Positions 24,599 through 37,960 of a DNA stretch of 64,000 nt are shown here, piece by piece. Made by a program: the position numbers and the translations under genes. Origin of the DNA: Vicugna vicugna (Eukaryota); assembly GCA_013265495.1 (NCBI GenBank), contig MU058000.1, positions 1,302,001-1,366,000 of the forward strand, read 5' to 3'. Below the pieces are notes generated by a model, which made no database searches, was not told the origin of the DNA, and saw only the letters and a program-made list of their open reading frames with translations. Each line of letters opens with the position of its first letter. The stretch's first letter is position 1.

Positions 24599-26099
24599 AT
24601 TTGGTGTACGAATTTTGAAAATACATCAAAATCAGCAAGTGTACTCAGCATGATACTTGTTGGGTCATTATTGATGAAAACTGGCTTTTAAAATATTTCT
24701 CCCTGAAGGACAATGACTGTTGTGCTTGGATTTAGTTGAACAGGTAAAATCTAGTTCCCTGTGTATATTGAGCTCTGAACCTTTGGTAACAGACCTGGTT
24801 CTCTAGTAAAAATAACTTTCCAGCTGCTGTGGGGCTGAATGAAAAATACAATCGCTGACTGATGGACAGACCTCTATGATGTTTGGAACCTTTAAAGAAG
24901 CTAAGACTGGAGAGCTGATTTGTGGTTGAAAGGGGCTAAATGTTCTCTCCAGGAGCTCAGGGAACCAGCTGCTTCCTGAGCTGGCAAAGAAGAGAAACCT
25001 TGAGGCAGAAGCACTTCAATTTGCATGAGATGGACTAAGCAATCCTCCCATTAGCTGGCTGTTGCCTCTCTTGATGACTGCCTTGGGGAGGAGATGAGGG
25101 TTGTGAACTTTGAAGTGGATTATTAATTATTCATGCCTCCTGTGCCTGGATGGAGCTAACGTGTATCTCAGGAGCCAGACCCAGAATTCATTATCTTCCT
25201 GTCGATGTTTGCAATAAAAATAACACTGAATATTAATCCTTTCACCTTCATTCTTAAGTCCCTCTCCCCCAACCCCCATTCTCTAGATAGGTTATGCAAA
25301 ACCATGGCTCGCTTAATTCTCTGCATCCCTGAAACTCCTGAGCCATTTTTTGTTTATTCAATTATTTGGAGGTCCATTAAGCTGAGAATTAAGTTCAAGG
25401 GCTAGTTGCTTACTTGAAAGCTCCCCAGAATGCAGTATTTCCCTACTTAGATCTTCAGTTTATTTTTCAGCATGATTGTTATAATCAAGCTGTAATTAGT
25501 GACTTGTCACCTGTCCCTTTTTTATTTCTGTATTTTGAAATTTTCAGAGCTTTGTACTTCTTCTGTTCCTTAGATGGAGTTTTCTAGGGATGTTGCTGTC
25601 AGGTTTAGCCAGGGTTTTATAGTAAAAAGCAGAAGAAGACTTGTTCTTGTCAAGTGTATGTGTTTATGTGTTTGCGTTTATGTGTATGAGTCTCTGGAGT
25701 CTGTGCATGTCTCTTTTTAAGGGAGCAATAGATAAATCATTACTTATGAAAAATATAAGTTAATTAAGTGGGAGGTCATTAAGTCTTTATAACAATGAAT
25801 AATCTGGCTCATCATCTGATAAATTGAGACAAGGATTGATTCAGAGGTTGGTTAAGATCAGTTTGCAGAAGACTTGGTATGAAGATTTATAAACAGGAAA
25901 GGGGAAATATAAAGAAGAATATGACTTGACAATAGTTAATTGAACAGACATAATGACAGTCACTAAGTTAATGTCAAGAAATTTATTTGTTCAGTGTTGA
26001 TGCTTCTAGCAGTTGCCTTCTTCGCTTTGTCTTAACTTACCTTTTTTTTTCCTACTTATTTTCTCTGCATTCTTCTTTCTCTTTCTTTTTTTCTTTTTA

Positions 26100-27178
26100 T
26101 GAACTAAAGCACATAGTTTACACTAGCTTTCACCCTTGATGGTGTACATTCTATGGGTTATGACAAGAGTATAATGTATAATAAAAATGTATAATATGTT
26201 CAGATCTCCATCTTTGTAGTATCATACAGAATAATGTCAATGCTTTAAAAATCCCCTGTGCTCCACCTATTCATTCCTCCCTGCCTTCCCCTCCAAGAGC
26301 TTCTAGCAACCACTGATCTTTTTACTGCATTTATAGCTTTACCTTTCCCAAAATGTGTAGTTGGAATCATACAGTGTCTAGCCTTTTCAGACTGGCTTCT
26401 TTCACTTAGCAGTATGTATTTGATTTTCTTCCATATCTTTTCATGGCTTAATAGCTCATTTCTTTTCATTGCTGATTGCTATCCCATGGTATGGATATGT
26501 GAGTGTGTTTATCCATTTATCTACTGAAGAATAGTTGATTTCAAGTTTTGGGAAATTTGAGTAAATTTTCTGTAAACATCCAAGTGCAGAATTTTGTGTG
26601 GACATAAGTTTTCAACTTAATTTGGGTAAATACCAAGGACTGTGATTGCTGGATTTTATTGTAAGACTATGCTTAACTTTGTAAGAAACTGTCAAACTGT
26701 CTTCCAAGTGACTGTACCATTTCTCATTCCCACCGGAATGAGTGAGAGTTCCTGTTGCTCCACATCCTCAGCAGCATTTGGTGTTGTCAGTGTTTTGGAT
26801 TTTAGCCATTCTGTAGGTGTGTAGTGATATTTCATTGCTTTAATTTGCAATTCTCTAACAACATATAATGCTGAGGATCTTGTCATATGCTTATTTTCCA
26901 TCGTGTATCTTCTTTGATGAGGTATCTTTTCAGATCTTTTGCCTATTTTAAAATTGGGTGGTTTGCTTTCCTATTGTTGAGTTTTAAAAGTTCTTTATAT
27001 ATTTGGATACAAGTCCTTTTATATATTTGGACACATGTTTGTATTTAGCAAATGTTTTCTCTTAGTCACTGGCTTTTCTTTATATTCTCTTACTAGTCTC
27101 TTCCACATAACAGAAGAATTTAATTTTAATGACATGCCATTTACAATTTTTTTCTTTCACAAATCATGCTTTAGGTGT
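26100..27178 (-). mobile_element. L1MC1-like LINE 3' region (~1.1 kb)
   Basis: catagtttacact..ggtgtacattctatggg..aaaaatcccctgtgctccacctattcattcctcc..tagccttttcagactggcttctttcacttagc..gtttttggattttagccattct. Minus-strand ORFs 26245-26469 and 26692-26901 are typical L1 3' read-throughs. Confidence 0.9.
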
Positions 27179-27234
27179 CTTTCTTTTTGGCACTTTCCTA
27201 TCTCCCTTTTCTCTCTTCTTTGAAACTCATTATG

Positions 27235-27420
27235 TAGCTCTGAGTGAGTTATGGCCTTGTCACTTTCTAGTCACGTGATCTTAGACAAATTTCATTTCCT
27301 CTCTAAATTTTGGTTTCCAGGTTCTTTATCTACAAGATGGAAATAATAATGTTTCTTACTTCCTCAGTGTGTTGGAAAGATTATATAAAATTATGCATTG
27401 AAAATCACCATTTAAGTTGT
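27235..27420 (+). mobile_element. MIR SINE fragment
   Basis: ctagtcacgtgatcttagacaa..tttatctacaagatggaaataataatg. Confidence 0.6.
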
Positions 27421-28479
27421 AAGTTTATATGTTACTTTCTTTTATTTTTCCTCATCTTCGAATAAATAATTATTTTGTGGAACTGTAGATAGTTAACAGA
27501 AGGTTGTATGCATAAAAACCCAAAGCAAATGTGGGTTTAACAATGATTTAAACTGAGTCAATTAAGGTGAGAGGGTGAGTGAATGTTTTGTGGTTGATGT
27601 TGTTTTCATTTTGCATCTGGTCTTTTTGTGCACTCGCCTAGTGAGCTCAGATGGGTACTCATAAACTGAGTCCAAAGTCATTGTAACCCTAAGGTTGGTT
27701 TGGCAGAGAGAACAATTCCATTTTAGAACCTCATCCCCAACCTTGTCATAAATATTGGTTCAACAACACCTCAAATCCACTGAGGCAGTGTTTTTCTAAC
27801 TGTGTTCTGTGGAGATGTTGGGCTTTGATAATATATCTGTCCTACCTTTGTGTAAGATGGGAAACAGTATGGTCAGGACTCTGAGACACCCCTCTGATTT
27901 CACCAGAACAGTTTTGCTTGTTTTAATTAAGTTTTCCAGTGAAACTGTGCTTGAAGAAATGTTTTGTTTCTTCTAATAAAATGTTGTTTTGATCAAAATT
28001 ATAAACTGAAGCTCAAGATTCTAAATGAGTTCCCTGTGCTCTGTCTTAGAAACTAGATCATATATTTCAAGTCTGTTTATGGGAAGAATTATATTAAGTG
28101 CCTTAGTTGTGTAATATGTTTAGAGGGCCATTGGGGCTGTTGTCCTAGGCATGCTGGTTGAACAGTGAACTATTCTTACCTTAAAGCCTTCTGCTTTTAT
28201 AACTACCTATGACAGGGCCACTACATCTTGTCACTGATTCAACTCAAGTTGAAAAGCACTTATGCCCACACTCTAATACGTTTTCTCTCTCACTTGATTT
28301 ATAAACCTGGCCTTTATATTTTGAGAGCCAAGGATGTGGATGTAAGACTTGAGACATAAATGATGAGGCTGTCTATTATTCTATTCCTTCTCCAAAGAAA
28401 CAGATCAAGCAAGAGTTAGAAGCGGGAGCTGTGTGAATGAAAATAAAACAGAAGAAGCCTCAATGGAAATATTCAACCC

Positions 28480-28950
28480 ATTAATTTTAGATATTCAGTC
28501 CATTAATTTCTACTGATCTATCCTTTGAAATATTTTGTGCATCTGGCCCTTCCTATTTGCATAACTTCCATCTTTTCCAAATATTCCTCAATGCATGTAA
28601 TTCTCCCTATCTTCATTCCTTCTTCCCTTTAGTTCATTCTACACATGGCCTTTAGAATAACTTTCTAAAATGCCAATCCTATACTACTGCTTCTATGGTA
28701 AAAACAAACAAACAAATAAAAACAAACCTCAGATGAATACTCATTATGTCACTGAACAGCATGGCATTCAATTGTCTGTAAGTTTCATTTATCTTTAAAA
28801 TTATTCAAATTTTATCTCTTAGTATTTCTCAATCCTACTTTTCAAGCTTTGTTCATGCTTAGTTTCCTACAATCCCATCCGGTTGTCCATATAGCTGAAC
28901 CATTCTCCCTTCAAAGTTCAGTCTGACCCTTAACTCCATTTATGATAATC
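28480..28950 (+). mobile_element. L2 LINE fragment
   Basis: Pyrimidine-rich; ttcattctacacatggcc..taactttctaaaatgccaatc. Confidence 0.55.
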
Positions 28951-29184
28951 ACTATATTTGACTATATATTTGATATATATATATATATATCCAATCACCA
29001 TATATGATCATTATATTATCCTGCCATTTGAATTTCTCTGAATAGGTATTCTGAGCAATTTATTTTGATTAAATTAATATTATCTTTTTACTGTTTATAA
29101 TTGATTGCGATCTATTGAAAAACAAGAATCAGGTCTTAATACAGAACCCCAACCAATGACAACAATAAAAACAACTACAATTTT

Positions 29185-29385
29185 TTTTATGAGTGCTTAC
29201 TATAATCAGAAAATGTGAGATGTGCTATATCTTATTTCTTTTAATCCTCAAAATCACTGCAAGCTCATCATTATTATTCCATTTGACACATGGGAAAATA
29301 AAGGCTTATAAGTGTTAAATAGCTTTTCTACGATACCACAGATAGTATTTGCAGAGCCAGGAATAAAACCTAATTCTGTCTGAAA
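29185..29385 (-). mobile_element. MIR SINE
   Basis: tatgagtgcttactat..tttaatcctca..attattattccatttgacacatggg..gcagagccaggaa. Confidence 0.75.
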
Positions 29386-32300
29386 ATAAACAAACAAATA
29401 AACAAAAAAACCCTTTCCAATTTATATATTATGCAATATTTGCTTTAATATCCAGCAGACAGGACAGCTCTACCAAAAAGAAAAATTTGAAATGAGTTTT
29501 TGAAATCCAGTCTTAGAGAAGAAAGTATGAGTCTCACTAAGGAAACAGATTAAAACAACTCCAGAACTTCCTTAAAAAAAAAACTAAATTCCTATCTCAA
29601 ACAAACAAACAAACAAACAAAAACCAAACAACCCAAAAACCCCACAAAAAACAAGTAAGTTTCTGTTAGGCAAGGAACTGATACGTTGGAGACAAGTTAG
29701 TGTTCCTACTAGTTTCAAGTTGTGCTGGGACATGGAATTTTCCTAGAGTAAGCAAATATTATAAAGCTCTGTGAGCAAGGATGGGAGAGGGTAGGGTGGT
29801 CCTTGGAGAAACTTCTGTAAAGTATGGGCTTTAGATTTTTCTTTAGTGAAGCCAGAGTAAGTATGCCAAATGTCACCTACTGCTTCTCCTAGCTAGAAGT
29901 ACATGTGGGGCCAGAAGTAACATTATTTCAGTGGAATAAGTAGCAGAATTGTTCTGAGATCCCTTCCTAATTTCTGTGGGAATGAAGGCCTGTGGAGAGA
30001 ACAGAGCACTCTCTACCTCAACAGTGCTAAACTTTTCTAAGGGAAGAGTAAGCCTTTTGTAGGCAACTTGGTCTGCAAAGTGTTTTTCTTATTTGTTTAG
30101 ACCATTGAAGGAGAGACATCTTTGGTAATTATTCCTTTGTTGATTGTTTTATGTTCTTTTTTCTGATTATTATAAGCTTCTGTTTTTCTACCTCTGCAAA
30201 GCCTTTGGCCATAAGAAACATGTACCACATCACAAATACTATCCAGTCATTTCGGGGAAAAGGCATGGTTTCCTTTAGTAATCGTAGAGATGGGGAAAGA
30301 CAAGTTGAAATCTCCATTTGTCCTCCCACTTACAGTTTCTTCCCTCTAACACATTAATTTAGATCAATAGTAAGTAATGAAACTAGGATTCCTTAATTTT
30401 CTGCTAGGCAGATTTCTTATCTTTCTGGGGCAGATGTTGTCTGGCTGTAATCTACTTATTGTATCAGATTGTTGACTGAGACCAGAACTTAGAGAGATAT
30501 TGAATAACGTTCAAAACAAACAAATGAGGAAGCCTAGGGAAGCATGAGTATTCTCCCAAAAGAAAAAAATAGGAGACATGTAAACTAAGTAAACCATTTT
30601 TTCCCTCAAGAATGTCATCTTTTTAATATTTGAGCCAGATCATTAATTTGGGAAGTTAATATCCACTGAATATTTTACACTAAAATTAAAAAAAAATCTG
30701 ATTCCTTTTTTTTTTTGCTGTAGATTAAAATCTGTGTGAGCTGTAACTTCTGTATCCTTCCTTTTACATAGGAGAAATAAATTTAGACTATCAACTGTCA
30801 ACATAAAATAAATTAGTTGTGAAGACTTACGGAGAGGAACAGAGTGTTCAGGTAGTCTAAGGAAACAAATCTCAAACACAGAGGATTTCATGGGAATTAA
30901 AGTTGTTCAGATGATAAGCCCCTTAAAATTTTATATGACTTAAGTAATTGTTGCTAAATTCTTGCAGAGGAGAAGCAAGTACATTTTGAATTTTAATTAG
31001 GCTCCAAACCATAGAAATGCCATTTGAGAGCCTTGAAGGACACAGCAGGATTTGTCTGTACTTATTAATTAGAGAAGGTTGGTAAAACACTCTAAAGATG
31101 AACAGTATCCTATAAAGACTAGTCCTGTTATTGAGGTCCTTAAGTGTGAGTTCATGTATATGTATGGAACTGATCAATCTTCCTTAATCCTAATGGGCTG
31201 AATTTTCCCGCTGTATATTTCCACTGTGGTCTTAAAACTCTTACTAACTTTTGAGTTGTAATTTTTTAAGAACCACAAAAATACAGGTGCATTGTAATTT
31301 GTTGGACTGTTATTGTACTTTACTCTAGAAGGATATACATAATTCTTTAAAATAAAATTTAATGTCATATTTTGATAATTTTTACTTGAAATTTAAAAGT
31401 TAGCTTTACTATTATTATCATTTATTTTAATTATCCTGTCTCTTCTTAGTCTGTACATTTCCCTTATTTTGAAACCTAATGTAGGTGTAAGAAGATTAAT
31501 AGCAACTCAGTTACCTATTTCAGTCAGAGACAGTCTGATCCCTAACTGTGGTGAGAGAATTTTGTTACTTTGAATAAAGGGTTCTAAATTTTTCTTTTGT
31601 GTGAAAGATACACAAAATGGGAAGCATGTTTGTATGTAAGTACATGTAGCTAAAAGCTTGGAGGTATTTAAGTGTTAGGAGTGTAAAATTCCTTATCTCC
31701 TTCATTTTAAAAATTTTCATTGAAAATGTTCATATCAGTTGGTTTTTTTGATATGAAACAAACCTTCAATTTGATAATGAGCTTTATCTCCAATAAGACT
31801 TTGCTTTCATTATTCTTTTTATTTGTTTTATGATGCTGTTACTCGGATACTGAAGAATACCTATTTATTACATTTAACTATAATAATACATTTTTCTATA
31901 ACAAAATGATTTCCTTCATTGAAAAACAAAATCCATAAACATAGAAAGTTGAAAAAGGAAGAGAAACATCTATGAAATATTACATAGTCCACTCATAATT
32001 TTTATTTATTCATTCAATATTTATTGACTACCTGCTTATTGTTAATCTGAGGAAAGGCAGCATATTAGACAAGTTTATTTCTTAATTGGTGACCTTTCCT
32101 TTTGTTGAGAACATTTGCTTTCTCTAAATTCAGCTCAGTCATTGGATTGAGTAATTATTCAGGAAAATGATTCTGTCTTCCTCATCTGTGAGACATTTAT
32201 ATATGGTTTAAACTGGAAAAAAAAAAAAAGGACATTAGCTGTATACCAGAAACCCAAGCATCAGAAAATGGGTATTATTAATAACTTTATTTTTAATGTT

Positions 32301-33028
32301 AATTACTTGTTTGATTATTTATTTGTTTTTATGTTAATGCTAGCTTGACTCATTTCTTTCACTTACCTGCTTGGTAGTTTGGCCACAGGTACATAGTTAC
32401 AGAAAAGTTTATAAAAATGAGAGACATAGAGTCATAGCTGTAAAATGAATAAATAGATACATGGAATTCTAAGTTTTTAAATTCATATCATGTCTACAGG
32501 TGGTACTTAGCCTTACAATCATTAATCCCACCCCTCCACTTTCTCCTTACACTGAATCTGCTTTCCTACATCAATTGGTGAATATTTGCCACTATCTCAG
32601 GCTTTGGATATGTGCCAGCTGATTTTGGCAATATTAATATCTTTGTCTAACGGTGTTTGTGCAATTATTTGACTGTTTTGAGTTACAGTGTCTTTTGAAA
32701 TAAGTAGAAAATTGAAAGTGCTAAAAAGATGGAAGTATTAAGCATATTAAAAGTGAAACTTGTAATCCATTTGAATGTTCATTAAATTGAATTCAATTAT
32801 AAAAAAATAAAAAGCTAAATGATATAAAATCCTAGAAATATGTAATTGAATACAGCTTTTCAAAGGTGAGGCTTAATGATAAATTTATAGACGTTATTAA
32901 ACTGTAGTTTGAGTAATAATTCATAATGTGATAGCTAAACATTTTAAAAGCTTCTTTGCCCAAGCACAGAGCTAAGGTTTATAAATGCATTGTATAACTT
33001 GATTTCCGCAACAACCATATGTAGTATA

Positions 33029-33426
33029 TGTCAGGAACGATGAAGAGGCTGAGATTTTACTCTGCTTGCCTACTAACAAGTTAGCATGACACAGATTCAT
33101 GGATGTGGGTAGCAGATACAGACTCTTGGAACAGAGACAAAGAACTGCTTATTCCAGAAACAGCAGAAACCAGAAATCAGCATTTGCATCAGTTCCCCAA
33201 ATCCAGATTCCTACAGGGCAATGCATGCAAAGCCGGGAGAGGAATCCCATGTTTAGGAAACCTCAGTCTTTTAAAAGGACTGTAAGCAAACCAGCCAAAT
33301 TTTTGCCCAGGAGGGAGACATTACGATCATTATTCTGGGTGGCAAAAGGTAGTGCTTCTGCCCTGGCACGATGTCTTCCAAGGTTGTTTGCTGTCCAAAT
33401 ATTCCATGGGAAGCTGTCTTCCAACA
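33029..33426 (-). mobile_element. ERVL LTR40-like solo LTR inserted in a MIR
   Basis: TG...CA termini. Reverse complement starts tgttggaagacagcttcccatgg and ends ..aaaatctcagcctcttcatcgttcctgaca. MIR-like halves at ~32960-33028 and ~33430-33520. Confidence 0.65.
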
Positions 33427-35659
33427 ATGTGTATTTTGTTATTCACGATTTAAAGAAACTGAGATATTGACACCTCAGGTGACTTGATTAAAGTAACACA
33501 ATTTGTATCAAAACATCATTCTAGTGATCTAAGTACAATTGGAAGTTTGTGAATCGATCTAGCTATTGATAGGATAAGAATTCACCAGAGAATCCTTTGT
33601 TTAGAGATGAGTTCCGTTCACATTTCTTTGATTACATTTTGTTGTCTAGGCAAAAATAACAACAACAATGACAAAAAATTCCAGTCTTGCAATTCCAGAC
33701 TTAATCCACTCTCAACCTCTTGCAATTTTTTCAGTTATAATCTTCTTCCCAATATTGGAACTGGTTCCTTCTTTGCACTCAGTGTCACCTCAGTTTAGCT
33801 TTAAAAAAAAAATTTAACTTTCTAAAATACGTAAAATTAATTTGGAAATCCACGTTGTTAACAATTGAAATAATCCTAGATATTGGATAACCTAAAGAAA
33901 ACCAATAGCAACAACATCAGTAAGCCTGCATATTTTCAATAAAGAGTTTATAAAAAGTTTTAGTGCTTTCGAAAATGGAGCCTTAGTTTAAAATCTGCTA
34001 CTGATTGTAGACGTGCAGCTATCAAGCACCATCTCCAGAATGCACTGTGCATTAAAATATAGGACTCTCCATGTAAGCATCAGTGTTTGATGCTCAGGAA
34101 GACCGTCAGTCAGTGCCTCATTTCCTATTTCTTGGGAAAGTCACAGTGGAAGCACAAATTTGTGCTTCACGTTTGAAGAAAGAAGAGAAGGCGTGACACT
34201 TAGGACTGAATGGCAGCGTCCACAAGCCCTGAACGGGGCTTCTCTAGTAAACCGGAGTGAGTGGATTTGTGAACAGAGGAAAGGAGGACGTTTCCTGTCT
34301 GCTCGTGTTTATCTATGCTGTTTACGTAAACTGGGATTGGGATTTAATTTTTGCTCTGAGTTACATGTCGACCACACTTACTGTGGTGTGTTAGTAACAC
34401 TAGGTAAACCTGCCCATTCAGGGGACGAGCAGTTGATTCTATTTAGAAATTGCTCTGAATAATCCAAATTGAGTTTATGAGATTATATGCGGTGTTTAAT
34501 TTCTGTTACATGGGACTTCTTTTTTTCCTCCTTTCAACATACTAGTCTCATTTCATGATAAGACAGTAAGTTATGTAACATGATCTTGCTAAAGCGTATT
34601 AGACTGCAGAGTAAACCCCAAGGCATTGATGTGAGCCTGGGAGAGTTTTGCACTTGTACTAACCTACAAATATAAACATAAATGAAAAGAAAATGCCGGA
34701 TCATTTTCACTCCAACACAAACAGAACCATCTACCAATCAGAAGTCTCTATCAATTCCCCTGAACCCTAAATACAAATGAAAACAAACAAACAAAAAATA
34801 AATCCCTCTGATGCTAAATTCCACGTGCTCCATTCAGTACAAGGTACATGAACATCTGGTTGAACTTTGCAGTACGTTCTGCACTGTTCTCGGGATTTGT
34901 TGAGCAAAATTAGCCAGTTGTGTCGTTTGAATTAGAAGTGGTACTTCTCAGTACAGATTAAAATATCAGCAAAACATTCCGTCATGTGATCAGCTTGCCA
35001 TAAGTTGTGAAAGCGCTGTACCAAGACAGACTTACTCTTTAAATCCTGTTTCTTTCTGACCTATATGAAAAGCCTGAATGAATTTTTCTCCAGTTTCTAT
35101 ACTGTAGTTCAGAGCAGTGTTTCCTGTTTGCAGCAATTAAGTTAACAGTGTACTGTGCCGCCTGTAAATTCTTTATGGGAATGAAGTAGTTGGAGATACA
35201 GTAGCTCCAGTTCCAACTCATAAGTCTATAACTACATACATCACAGTTTTGATTCTTTCATGCATGTATAAGGGAGCCAATACTATGATTCCCAGGTTCT
35301 TTTCACTTCACTGAAAAAAAAAGATGTAAGACATTTAAAAGAAGGCAGGCATACGATGTTTAGAGGTTTCATACTGAGAATCAGTGATTATTGCTATTCT
35401 TCTTCTGCTTCCAAGGGTGAAGGACATTATCTTAAGAGCATTAGCAGATTTCAGCTGTGAAGAAATAGCCACCTGGGGCCTGAAAAGAATGTTGAGGGAG
35501 CTGTCGAACCAAATCATGTTGGAGATGTTGAGGTAAAGAGTCAGGAGGGAGGAAGTCACATAAGTAGATCTGGTGAATGAAGCCGAGTTGGAGCCAGACA
35601 TGGGTAGAGAAAAGTTGATGAGGAAATGGCATTCTTTAAAATCACTGAAATAGATGGGA

Positions 35660-36140
35660 ATGCTGACTCCAACACATGGCGGAGCAAGGCTAAGCAAGCC
35701 CCAAAACTCACTCTGAAAATCGCGTGTGCATATGCTAACTGATAATGGAAGGAGCCCCCTCTGTGGCTCACCCCCGCAGCGGTGGTTTCTCATTTTCAAT
35801 AAAAACTTAATGCCTCTCCCAGAAAATGAATGCATGCCCTGATTTATAAGGGGATAATGCACTGGCTTTATTTCTAATGTCTGACAGATCAGCAAATACA
35901 CGTAGGCACAACTGCCTATTTGCTATTTACTACTACGGTAAATGGCAAGCCATAAAATGCGATCTGTTTAAATTGCGTTTTGCAAACAATCCTTGCTTCG
36001 TACCATACACTCTGTGAAACATTATTATTATTATATATGAGACACAGTTAAGGTGCCTGGTGCTGGGAGAATTGTGGATTTCTTTTACATTAAATTTTGC
36101 GAATGGAAGTGACCCGGAGATTATCTCGCTGGGGACTTTC
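35660..36140. promoter_or_regulatory. Candidate conserved non-coding enhancer (HOX/PBX/MEIS/FOX/SOX motifs)
   Basis: Repeat-free, with retained CpGs. TGATTTAT 35840, TGACAG 35882, GCCATAAAA 35949, GCAAACAAT 35982. Confidence 0.45.
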
Positions 36141-36689
36141 ATTTTATGGTAGAGGAAACTGGAATGTTATAACTTGACTATGATCAGGTAGATGACTAGA
36201 CATGGAGGCCAATCATGAACAGAAGTTCCTAGCTTCTTTTTATTTTAAGTTGGACTAAAATAGCCATGTTCCTGTATTTAAAGCAATTATTGGTGAGAGA
36301 AAATAAAATTATGACTCTTAAACATGCCATTCAGAAAAGGAAGCATATATATAGATATAGATATATACACACACATATATAAATACATCTCTCTCAGTGG
36401 TCGTCACTGTTTAGGTATTTTGCCTTTGAGTAACTTAACAGTTAAGAATAGGTTTTGATGGCCCATCATGTGTAATAATTGTGGAAATTATGCTCCCACA
36501 TTTCTATCAGGAGGCTAAAGTGAAGGGTCTCTTGGCAGCACAAAATGAGATGTGTCTGTTCTCTCAAGATTAAGCATTAAAATATAAATATAATTGATCA
36601 GAGCAAAGATAGGTGATATTTTTCCAGAGGCAAATTATTTCCTGGGCTTTTAAGCCCAGGGTATAATCTTATTTCCATATACTTCAACT

Positions 36690-37450
36690 CTGCTAGTGTC
36701 TTTCTATCTTCACTTGGATGTTTGCCAGGAATTTCAAACTGCAGGTGAACTCATGGTTTGTCCATCCAAAACAGCTCCTCCTTCCCTTGCTTTTTTGCCT
36801 TCCTATAAAAAGCTCTGCTGGCATCCAGGCTCAGAGACCAAAATCTAGGTGTAATTTTTAAATTTATTTCTATTCACATCTTTCATCTCAAAGGCATTAG
36901 TCCATACTGCTCAGTCTTCCTCCCAAACACAACCCGAGCAATCTGCTTTTCTCAATTTCTGCTACTAGCACTCTGGCTGGTCCGAGTCCCATTTTGTCTG
37001 GCCTTGACAAATGCAAGAATTTTCTGATTGGTCTTCTTGATTCTACTTGAACCCTTCTATAAATTGTTCTATACACAGCAGTGAAAGTGATTTTAACAAA
37101 ATATAAACAAGACTCTTTTGATGAGAAATAGCACAGGGCTTCTCGTTGCATTAGGTACAAAGCGAACAAATGAATTCCTTTCCCAGCTTTATATAACCCT
37201 GTAAGAGCTATCTACTACCTATTTCTTTGAACTCAATACCAATTCTCCCTTCTCCCTCTAAGTTCCCATTTAGTGGTGCTTCCTAAGTTCCTAAAACAAG
37301 TCAAGCTCATTCACCACCGTAAGGTCTGTCTGCCGTCATTTTCACTGCCAGGAGTTGGCTTTCTCAGCCTTTGTATGGATGTCTTCTAAAGATTATTTAG
37401 CTTACATGTCATCACCCATTAGTCAGGTCTTCCTGACCCCATAGTCTAAA
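36690..37450 (+). mobile_element. L2 LINE fragment
   Basis: cacttggatg..aatttcaaact..tgctactagcactctgg..ttctgattggtcttc..acacagcagtgaaagtgattttaacaaaatataaa..caagtcaagctcattc. Confidence 0.75.
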
Positions 37451-37729
37451 ACAGCCAGGTAGCCCTCTTGCTCTTGGGGTCTTTTCCTTTTTCCAGGGCT
37501 TCATGGAGGAGGAGCAGAGTTCCTTGCTAGAACCCACCCAGGAAGGAAACCTCGGGGTGGGAAGGATAACCATCCTTCAGAAATGCTTGCCTATTTTTGT
37601 TTATTTTCATCCATTCATCTTTAATTTAGGGTTAGATAACTTTATGAAACTATTTGATTAACTCAGGGGTCTCAGGGAAGGAACAAATGTAACTGGACCG
37701 TACATAAAGGGTGCCTGCTCTGTGAAATT

Positions 37730-37960
37730 CTGTGTCTAGTGAGTGTCTGCTTCCTGGTTCATAAACAGCCGTACCACACACAGCGGAAAGGACGAGGAAG
37801 CCCTGTGAGGTCTCTTTTATGATGGCGCTAATTCCATTCATGAGGGCTTCACTGTCATGACTTAAGCATCTCCCTAAGGTCTCACCTCCTAAGCCCATCA
37901 CATTGGACATTAGGATTTCAACATACAAATTTTCTGGGGACACAAACATTCAGATCATAA
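37730..37960 (-). mobile_element. MaLR LTR MLT1A-type (5' part)
   Basis: ctaattccattcatgagggc..cacctcctaa.cccatcacattgg..attaggatttcaacatacaaattttctggggacacaaacattcagatcataac. Confidence 0.85.

Noticed and set aside
26245..27223. Cluster of ORFs resembling database 'hypothetical proteins'
   Set aside because: Standard read-throughs of the L1MC ORF2 end and 3'UTR.
32550..32830. Possible DNA-transposon transposase remnant
   Set aside because: Only a compositional impression; I could not identify TIRs or a translatable motif. A Dfam search would settle it.
35335..35901. Longest ORF (188 aa, minus strand)
   Set aside because: Non-ATG start, Ser/Leu/Phe-rich composition typical of non-coding frames, no recognisable domain and no clear exon structure.
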